The notes under the pieces: generated by a model
What the model was told of the DNA's origin: nothing
Databases searched by the model: none
The model's input: only the letters and a program-made list of their open reading frames with translations
Part shown: positions 25,604-32,000 of the stretch, piece by piece
Layout of the letters: each line of letters starts with the position of its first letter
Numbering within the stretch: the stretch's first letter is position 1
DNA from: Xylanibacter ruminicola 23
Lineage (GTDB): Bacteria; Bacteroidota; Bacteroidia; Bacteroidales; Bacteroidaceae
Reading direction: 5' to 3'
DNA length: 32,000 nucleotides
Assembly (NCBI RefSeq): GCF_000025925.1
Contig: NC_014033.1
Coordinates: forward strand, 2,580,001-2,612,000
Made by a program: the position numbers and the translations under genes

Positions 25604-26542
25604 CTATAGTAATCTTACGCTCTTATGCAGATTTCTGCCCTTTTTATACAGATTCAACTCTGTCTCGTAGCCCACAAACAGTTCATGACTGCCGTTACCC
25701 ACGTTAATGGCGCTGGTATAGCACTCGTAGCTGTAGCCCAGATGTATGCCGTGCCATCGGCCACCTACCAGCACCGTTACTGAGTTGGTAGGACTATACG
25801 AAAGGCCTGCGTACAACATCTTTTTATCGTGTTCGTACCTTACGCGCCCTGTTACATCGGCCCGCCAGGCCACCCCATCGGTGCGTCCTAACACAGAGGT
25901 CTGTATTTTAAAAAACGGATGATTTAGCTGAATATTGTATCCTGCGGTAAAATAATATGTTGCATCAATACTCAGTTCGCTGGTTTCGCCCAATGCTACC
26001 ACCGGGTTGTTCAAGTGCAGAACCGATGCTCCCATGTACCAGTTAAGTGCCTGATAATAGATGCCTGCCGACACATCAAGTCCCGAACCGTTTATCGACG
26101 AGCTCGATAGTATGGGGTCACTGCCATCCTCGGGCATTTCAGCCTTGCTGCCATCAAACGTCTCGCCCAGCATACCCAACTGCACACCTACGCTCAACTT
26201 GCCTTTCACCACCCGTCGCTGGTAGGCATACTGCACAGCCAGACGTTTGTGCGAGAACAATCCGATATCATCGTTCAGCAGCTGAACACCAACGCCATGA
26301 TAGGTACCCAAGCCATACAGTTGCATATCGGCCGCCGCATACATGGTTTTAGGGTTGTGCTCAAACCCAGCCAACTGCAGCGCATAGGCTCCAGTCACAT
26401 TCAGCTTAGCCTCCTTACCCACAGCCGCGGGGTTAAACGACGGCTCCATTGCCCAGTAATGAGCAAAGGAAACATCGTATTGCGCCCGCACCGTTGCAGC
26501 CACAATCCACAGCCCTACTATTGCGATAAAGAAACGTTTCAC
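25604..26542 (-). CDS. porP: Type IX secretion system membrane protein PorP/SprF family
   Basis: The signal peptide is followed by QYDVSFAHYWAMEPSFNPAAVGKE, the PorP/SprF N-terminal signature. The body is a beta-barrel-like sequence. The gene lies directly upstream of porK, as in the P. gingivalis porPKLMN operon. It has a GTG start at 26542. Confidence 0.85.
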   Translation of the reverse strand: MKRFFIAIVGLWIVAATVRAQYDVSFAHYWAMEPSFNPAAVGKEAKLNVTGAYALQLAGFEHNPKTMYAAADMQLYGLGTYHGVGVQLLNDDIGLFSHKRLAVQYAYQRRVVKGKLSVGVQLGMLGETFDGSKAEMPEDGSDPILSSSSINGSGLDVSAGIYYQALNWYMGASVLHLNNPVVALGETSELSIDATYYFTAGYNIQLNHPFFKIQTSVLGRTDGVAWRADVTGRVRYEHDKKMLYAGLSYSPTNSVTVLVGGRWHGIHLGYSYECYTSAINVGNGSHELFVGYETELNLYKKGRNLHKSVRLL

Positions 26543-26646
26543 ATATTATAAAACGTATTTCCGCGCTGTTTATTGTGTTTGGAGGCGTTTAACATTTTTA
26601 AGTGATAAATAACCGATAATTAACCTCGCAATTGGACGAAAAGCAG

Positions 26647-26654
26647 TATTTTTG
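26647..26654 (+). promoter_or_regulatory. Bacteroidota -7 promoter box TATTTTTG for the glutaminase-like/GH92 pair
   Basis: Exact TAnnTTTG match 43 nt upstream of ATG 26697. Confidence 0.5.
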
Positions 26655-26696
26655 CAACCGACTTATTTTATTTAACACAAAAATTAAAAACTTAGT

Positions 26697-29195
26697 ATGC
26701 AAAAGAAACTTACTACCTTATTAGGTATGGCATTAGCCGTTACCTGTGCCTTTGCACAAACAGAACTGTTTAAACCCTACAAACAAACAGCGCTCCGACT
26801 CCCAGCAGTACCCATTGTGGTTAACGATCCCTATTTTTCAATCTGGTCGCCCTACGACAAGTTAACCGAAGGCAACACACGTCTTTGGACAGGCGACGAG
26901 AAACCTTTGGAAGGATTGTTGCGCGTGGATGGCACTACCTACCGCTTTATGGGCGACAAAGAGCACAAGGTGCTGAAAGCCATCGCCCCGATGAGCGACG
27001 AGGCAGCTTGGGAGGGTCAGTACACAGAGACTAAACAGACTGATGGTTGGCACAAGCCAGATTTCAAAGCCGATGGCTGGCAGAAAGGTCGCGCTGCGTT
27101 TGGTAATGCTGGCGACAACATCCGCACGGGGTGGAGCAAGGAGCACAGCCATATCTACATCCGACGCGAGATTAACCTGACTGCCGACGATTTGAAAGGC
27201 GATCTGTACGCTCTCTATTCGCATGATGATGCCTGCGAGCTCTACATCAACGGCACACAGGTGGCAACAGGTCGTATGGATGCCGTATTCAATGAGTCGG
27301 TACACCTGAATGCCCAGCAGAAGCAGCTGCTGCACGAGGGACGCAACGTGATGGCTCTGCACGTATACAATAATGCGGGCGGTGCCTATGCCGACTTTGG
27401 ATTGTATGCCAACATCGGTATCGAGGCAACCTCGGTTAAGACGGCTGTACAGAAGAGCGTCGACGTGATGGCCACTTCAACCTACTACACATTTACCTGC
27501 GGTCCGGTAGCATTGGATGTGGTGTTCACATCGCCTATGCTGATTGATGATCTCGACCTGCTCTCTACCCCCGTTTCGTATGTTTCGTATCAGGTAAAGA
27601 GCTTAGACCGCAAGAAGCACGACGTGCAGTTTGCATTGTTGGCAAGTCCACAGATTGCAACCAACAAGCCTCATCAGCCCACAGAGTCGACAGTGGTTTC
27701 AGTGAATGGTGTGAAGTATCTTAAGACAGGTACTATCGATCAGCCCATCCTGGCCAAGAAAGGCGATGGCATCGGCATAGATTGGGGTTATCTGTATGTA
27801 GCCGACTTCAACGGCAAGGTATCACTCGACAGCTACAACAACATTATCAACGGCTTTATGGCCAAGGGCGACCTGAACTGCGGTCAGCAGCTGGTGCGTG
27901 CTTACAAGCAAAACGACACCCCAGTACTGGCCTATGTTCATAACTTTGGTAAGGTTGACCAGCAGCCACAGGCATCGTTCTCGCTGATTGGCTACGACGA
28001 GGTTGAGGATATCGAGTATATGTACCAACGCTACAAGGCCTACTGGGCACATGGTGGCAAGGTGGATATCTTCGACGCTTTCAATAAGCTGAACCGTAAT
28101 TACAAGAGCATTATGGAGCGTTGCCGCGCCATGGATAAGCAGATTTACGACGATGCCCTGAAGGTAGGTAATGCGCACTATGCCGAGATTCTCTCTGGCT
28201 CTTATCGCCACGTGCTGGCAGCACATAAGCTGTTCGAGGACAACGAGGGACATCTGCTGTACTTCTCGAAGGAGAACAACTCTAACGGTTGCGTAAACAC
28301 CGTGGATCTTACCTATCCTTCGGCACCACTCTTCCTGGCTTACAACCCTGAGTTGCAGAAAGCCATGATGACCAGTATTTTTGAGTATAGTCGCTCTGGT
28401 CGCTGGACCAAGCCCTTTGCTGCTCACGACCTGGGCACCTACCCCATTGCCAACGGACAGGTATATGGTGGCGACATGCCTATCGAAGAGGCAGGTAACA
28501 TGCTGACTCTGGCTGCACAGCTCTGCATCCAGGATGGTAACATCGATTACGTAAAGCCTTACTGGGACATTCTTACCCAGTGGACCGACTATCTGGTAGA
28601 GAACGGACAGGACCCATCGAACCAGTTGTGTACCGACGACTTTGCTGGCCACTGGCCACACAACTGTAACCTTTCGGTTAAAGCTATCATGGGCGTAGCA
28701 GGCTATGCGCTGATGGCCCGCATGAAAGGCGATGCCGCTACAGCCGAGCGCTATATGAACCGTGCCCGCCAGATGGCCAAGAAATGGGAGGCCGATGCTC
28801 GTGAGGGCGATCACTACAAGTTGGCATTCGACCGCCAGAACACTTGGAGTCAGAAGTACAATATGATCTGGGACAAACTGTGGAACACCAACCTGTTTGG
28901 CGATGAGGTGATGCAGCGCGAGGTAAGCTACTACCTGAAGCAGCAGAACACCTACGGTCTGCCACTCGACATCCGTAAGGACTATACTAAGACCGACTGG
29001 ATTATGTGGAGTGCAGCGATGGCCAACGATAAGGATACCTTCCTGAAGTTTGTGGAACCTATCTACAAATATATAGACGAGACGCAGTCGCGCGTGCCTA
29101 TCAGCGACTGGCACGAGACAAAGACCGGAATGATGGTTGGGTTCAAAGCTCGCTCGGTTATTGGTGGTTATTGGATGAGATTGTTAGTTAAGTAA
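26697..29195 (+). CDS. Glutaminase-A-like (DUF4964/DUF5127/DUF4965/DUF1793 architecture) secreted protein, probable (alpha/alpha)6 glycoside hydrolase-like enzyme
   Basis: Signal peptide. The N-terminus LRLPAVPIVVNDPYFSIWSPYDKLTEGNTRLWTG...LLRVDGTTYRFMG and the C-terminal part YGLPLDIRKDYTKTDWIMWSAAM resemble GtaA-type glutaminase family proteins common in Bacteroidota. This is a family call from motif memory, not a search. Confidence 0.75.
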   Translation: MQKKLTTLLGMALAVTCAFAQTELFKPYKQTALRLPAVPIVVNDPYFSIWSPYDKLTEGNTRLWTGDEKPLEGLLRVDGTTYRFMGDKEHKVLKAIAPMSDEAAWEGQYTETKQTDGWHKPDFKADGWQKGRAAFGNAGDNIRTGWSKEHSHIYIRREINLTADDLKGDLYALYSHDDACELYINGTQVATGRMDAVFNESVHLNAQQKQLLHEGRNVMALHVYNNAGGAYADFGLYANIGIEATSVKTAVQKSVDVMATSTYYTFTCGPVALDVVFTSPMLIDDLDLLSTPVSYVSYQVKSLDRKKHDVQFALLASPQIATNKPHQPTESTVVSVNGVKYLKTGTIDQPILAKKGDGIGIDWGYLYVADFNGKVSLDSYNNIINGFMAKGDLNCGQQLVRAYKQNDTPVLAYVHNFGKVDQQPQASFSLIGYDEVEDIEYMYQRYKAYWAHGGKVDIFDAFNKLNRNYKSIMERCRAMDKQIYDDALKVGNAHYAEILSGSYRHVLAAHKLFEDNEGHLLYFSKENNSNGCVNTVDLTYPSAPLFLAYNPELQKAMMTSIFEYSRSGRWTKPFAAHDLGTYPIANGQVYGGDMPIEEAGNMLTLAAQLCIQDGNIDYVKPYWDILTQWTDYLVENGQDPSNQLCTDDFAGHWPHNCNLSVKAIMGVAGYALMARMKGDAATAERYMNRARQMAKKWEADAREGDHYKLAFDRQNTWSQKYNMIWDKLWNTNLFGDEVMQREVSYYLKQQNTYGLPLDIRKDYTKTDWIMWSAAMANDKDTFLKFVEPIYKYIDETQSRVPISDWHETKTGMMVGFKARSVIGGYWMRLLVK

Positions 29196-29205
29196 TATTG
29201 TTGTT

Positions 29206-31494
29206 ATGAAAAAGAATCTGAGAAAGAGTCTTTTGGCTGTGGCACTGCTCCTTGGGGGCAGTGCTGTGGCAGCCACCGCACCTGTTGATTATGTCAACAC
29301 GCTGGTAGGCACACAATCAAACCACGCACTCTCAACTGGCAATACCTACCCTGCTATCGCACTCCCCTGGGGCATGAATTTCTGGATGCCTCAGACTGGA
29401 AAGATGGGCGACGGATGGGCTTATACCTACGACGCAAGTAAGATTCGCGGATTGAAGCAGACCCATCAGCCTTCGCCCTGGATAAACGACTACGGACAGT
29501 TTGCCATCCTTCCCACTGTTGGCACCGTGTTCGATGAGGACAAGCGTGCCTCATGGTTCTCGCATAAGGCCGAAACGGCCCGTCCGTATTACTATAAGGT
29601 GTATCTGGCTGATTACGACATCACAGCCGAGGTAACACCCACTGAACGTGCCGCTGTGATGCGATTCACTTACCCCGACTCCAAAGAGTCACGCATCGTA
29701 GTGGATGCTTTTGATAAGGGTTCGATGGTACGCATTATCGACGATTGCCACATTGAGGGTTATACCACCAAGAATAGTGGCGGCGTACCTGAGAACTTTA
29801 AGAACTATTTTGTGATTGAGAGCGACAAGCCGTTCACATTCCTCTCTACAGTAGCAGATGGCAAGATACAGGCCGACAAACGCGATTTTGAAGGTAATCA
29901 TGCAGGTGCAGTAGTAGGATTCCAAACGGTTCGTGGCGAGACTGTAACCTTGCGTATAGCCTCATCGTTCATCAGCGCCGAGCAGGCCCGACAGAACCTG
30001 AAAGAGGTTAGCAATCGCTCGTTCGACACCGTATGCAATGACGGTCGCCAGCGTTGGAACACCATCCTTAGTAGACTGGAGGTTGAAGACAACAATGTTG
30101 ATCACTTGCGCACCTTCTATTCTTGTTTGTATCGTTCGGTTCTATTCCCCCGTATGTTCCACGAGGTAAACAAGGCTGGCGAGATTGTACACTACAGTCC
30201 TTTCGACGGACAGGTGCACAGCGGACGTCTGTTCACCGATACTGGTTTCTGGGATACCTTCCGTTCGCTCTTTCCACTGCTCAACCTGGTATATCCTGAG
30301 ATGAGCCAGCAGATGCAGGAGGGATTGGTGAACACCTATAAGGAGAGTGGATTCCTACCAGAGTGGGCCAGTCCTGGTCATCGCGGCTGCATGGTGGGCA
30401 ACAACTCAGCCGCGGTGGTGGCCGATGCCTATCTGAAAGGCATGCGCGGCTACGATGTGGAGACACTCTGGCAGGCTGTAAAGCACGGTGCCAATGCTGT
30501 TCATCCTCAGGTATCAAGCACAGGCCGACTGGGATTTGAATATTATAACCGTCTGGGCTATGTGCCTTATAATGTTGGTATCAAAGAAAATGTGGCACGC
30601 ACCTTAGAATATGCATACGACGACTGGTGTATCTATCGTTTAGGACAGGCACTCGGCAAATCTAAGAAAGAACTGAAACCTTATAAGGAGCGTGCCTTGA
30701 ACTACCAGAACGTGTTCGACAAGGAAACCCGATTGATGCGTGGCAGAAATGAGGATGGTACCTTCCAGAGTCCGTTTAATCCACTGAAGTGGGGCGACGC
30801 CTTTACCGAGGGTAACTCATGGCACTACACCTGGTCGGTTTTCCACGATCCTGCAGGATTGATTCGTCTGATGGGAGGTAAGGAGAACTTTGTAACTATG
30901 CTCGACTCCGTATTTAACCTGCCACCTGTTTTCGACGAGAGCTATTATCGTGCAGTGATTCACGAGATTCGCGAGATGCAGATCATGAATATGGGTAACT
31001 ATGCCCATGGTAACCAGCCCATCCAGCACATGATTTATCTGTACGACTGGGCTGGACAGCCTTGGAAGGCTCAGTACTGGGTGCGTCAGGTGATGGACCG
31101 CATGTATCAGGCCGCACCTGATGGCTACTGCGGCGATGAGGACAACGGACAGACTTCGGCCTGGTATGTGTTCTCAGCTCTCGGTTTCTATCCCGTTTGT
31201 CCGGGTTCAGGGCAGTATGCACTGGGCACACCTTACTTTAATAAGATAACCCTGCATCTGGCCAACGGCAAAACACTGGTTATCAATGCCGACAGTAACA
31301 GCACAGAAAACTGCTACGTAAGCGAGATGAGCGTGAATGGTGCTGCTTATGATAAGAACTATCTGGAGCACACCGACCTGCTGAAGGGTGGCCGTATCGA
31401 TTATCGTATGTCGTCAAAGCCCAATCAGCAACGAGGCACTAACGAGAACAGCCTCCCCTACTCGTTCTCAAATAACAGCCTAATTGTTAAATAG
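29206..31494 (+). CDS. GH92 family alpha-mannosidase
   Basis: The segments VNTLVGTQS...STGNTYPAIALPWGMNFWMPQT, GFLPEWASPGHRGCMVGNNS, EGNSWHYTW and YCGDEDNGQTSAWYVFSALGFYPVCPG are hallmark GH92 motifs. A signal peptide is present. Confidence 0.92.
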   Translation: MKKNLRKSLLAVALLLGGSAVAATAPVDYVNTLVGTQSNHALSTGNTYPAIALPWGMNFWMPQTGKMGDGWAYTYDASKIRGLKQTHQPSPWINDYGQFAILPTVGTVFDEDKRASWFSHKAETARPYYYKVYLADYDITAEVTPTERAAVMRFTYPDSKESRIVVDAFDKGSMVRIIDDCHIEGYTTKNSGGVPENFKNYFVIESDKPFTFLSTVADGKIQADKRDFEGNHAGAVVGFQTVRGETVTLRIASSFISAEQARQNLKEVSNRSFDTVCNDGRQRWNTILSRLEVEDNNVDHLRTFYSCLYRSVLFPRMFHEVNKAGEIVHYSPFDGQVHSGRLFTDTGFWDTFRSLFPLLNLVYPEMSQQMQEGLVNTYKESGFLPEWASPGHRGCMVGNNSAAVVADAYLKGMRGYDVETLWQAVKHGANAVHPQVSSTGRLGFEYYNRLGYVPYNVGIKENVARTLEYAYDDWCIYRLGQALGKSKKELKPYKERALNYQNVFDKETRLMRGRNEDGTFQSPFNPLKWGDAFTEGNSWHYTWSVFHDPAGLIRLMGGKENFVTMLDSVFNLPPVFDESYYRAVIHEIREMQIMNMGNYAHGNQPIQHMIYLYDWAGQPWKAQYWVRQVMDRMYQAAPDGYCGDEDNGQTSAWYVFSALGFYPVCPGSGQYALGTPYFNKITLHLANGKTLVINADSNSTENCYVSEMSVNGAAYDKNYLEHTDLLKGGRIDYRMSSKPNQQRGTNENSLPYSFSNNSLIVK

Positions 31495-31506
31495 ATATAA
31501 TTCCTT

Positions 31507-31549
31507 GCAAAAACTTAGTACTTTGTTATACAAGGTACTAAGTTTTTGC
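31507..31549 (+). terminator. Strong bidirectional-type intrinsic terminator after the GH92 gene
   Basis: Perfect 15-bp stem GCAAAAACTTAGTAC (31507-31521) / GTACTAAGTTTTTGC (31535-31549). It is extendable by TTTG/CAAG with one G-U pair. The arms carry an A-run and a T-run. Confidence 0.8.
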
Positions 31550-31550
31550 T

Positions 31551-31558
31551 TATCTTTG
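31551..31558 (+). promoter_or_regulatory. Bacteroidota -7 promoter box TATCTTTG for the PadR gene
   Basis: Exact TAnnTTTG match 30 nt upstream of ATG 31588 and immediately after the terminator. Confidence 0.55.
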
Positions 31559-31587
31559 CCGCAGAAATCTTTTAAAACGGTAAAGAT

Positions 31588-31941
31588 ATGAACATTGAAA
31601 ATGCAAAGTCGCAAATGCGTAAAGGCATGCTCGAGTATTGTGTACTGCTACTCTTGAAGCATCGCCCATCGTATGCCAGCGACATTATCCAACAACTAAA
31701 AAACGCCGAGCTACTGGTGGTTGAGGGCACACTCTACCCACTATTAACCCGACTTAAGAACGATGGTTTGCTGCAGTACGAATGGCAGGAGTCAACCCAA
31801 GGACCGCCTCGTAAGTATTACGCCCTGAGCAAAGAGGGTGAAAAGTTTCTCGAAGGGTTGGATGCAGCCTGGCAGGAACTCTCTAACACCATTAATTATC
31901 TAAAGAATGTAACCCCCAAGTTATTGGAAGTAAAGGATTGA
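31588..31941 (+). CDS. PadR-family winged-helix transcriptional regulator
   Basis: The segment LEYCVLLLLKHRPSYASDIIQQL...VVEGTLYPLLTRLKNDGLLQYEWQES..GPPRKYYALSKEG is the canonical PadR pattern. Confidence 0.9.
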   Translation: MNIENAKSQMRKGMLEYCVLLLLKHRPSYASDIIQQLKNAELLVVEGTLYPLLTRLKNDGLLQYEWQESTQGPPRKYYALSKEGEKFLEGLDAAWQELSNTINYLKNVTPKLLEVKD

Positions 31942-31961
31942 AGAATTGAAAGATTAAAGTT

Positions 31962-32000
31962 ATGAAAAAGAATATTACCATCAACCTGTGTGGGCGTCTG
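31962..32000 (+). CDS. 3'-truncated ORF (13 codons visible, MKKNITINLCGRL); possibly a PspC-domain membrane protein
   Basis: The ATG lies 20 nt after the PadR stop. The MKK..ITINL.GRLF-type N-terminus and the position after PadR match the PadR-PspC gene pairs seen in Bacteroidota. There is far too little sequence for certainty. Confidence 0.4.
   Translation, partial: MKKNITINLCGRL

Noticed and set aside
27822-29114. A 430-aa ORF on the minus strand, fully antisense to the glutaminase-like gene. Similar long antisense ORFs occur at 13062-13802, 22055-22651, 22721-23413, 15260-15949, 11413-12033 and 19059-19523.
   Set aside because: Their translations are Val/Leu/His/Gly-rich with no recognisable motifs. 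Each lies entirely inside a well-supported gene on the other strand. They sit in the antisense frame whose first codon position complements the sense third position. Sense codons here rarely end in A, so antisense stops (T-initial) are depleted. These are shadow ORFs created by codon bias.
1-32000. A search for mobile elements, CRISPR arrays, tRNA/rRNA genes, defence systems and toxin-antitoxin pairs.
   Set aside because: No transposase, integrase or recombinase motifs appear in any ORF. There are no spaced direct-repeat arrays. The intergenic regions are all 175 nt or shorter and show no cloverleaf-compatible sequence. No nuclease, ATPase or methylase-type defence signatures are present.

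Overview
The window looks like chromosomal DNA from a Bacteroidota organism, probably Prevotella-like Bacteroidales. This is inferred from Bacteroidota-specific type IX secretion genes, recurrent TAnnTTTG promoter boxes and typical protein N-termini. I can support 24 complete and 2 edge-truncated protein-coding genes. I found no rRNA, tRNA, CRISPR array, transposase or integrase. Most genes are housekeeping: pepP-like aminopeptidase, mdh, gltX, waaA, priA, a 7TM-HD phosphohydrolase and a gamma-carbonic-anhydrase-like protein. The largest recognisable system is a complete porP-porK-porL-porM-porN (gldK-N) type IX secretion core operon on the minus strand (20730-26542), which is already well described. 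The least conventional locus is 3931-9372. It is a tight five-gene operon: ECF sigma factor, orphan small beta-barrel, TonB-dependent transducer with an STN-like N-terminal extension, DUF4249 lipoprotein, and a miniature 154-aa DUF4974-type anti-sigma candidate. It resembles cell-surface signalling modules but has an atypical gene order and composition and no known ligand. Smaller sequence-level oddities are also reported. One is a 100-nt intergenic array of TGCACA/TGTGCA motifs that forms mutually exclusive hairpins. That array also encodes an unannotated 29-codon ORF with a C-x3-C-x5-C-x3-C pattern. Two imperfect heptanucleotide tandem repeats lie inside adjacent coding genes. porP and priA both have forced GTG starts, and the FadL-like barrel carries a Gln/Ala-rich insert. 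Nothing here can be called a novel system from sequence alone. All product calls rest on motif recognition in the supplied translations, not on database searches.
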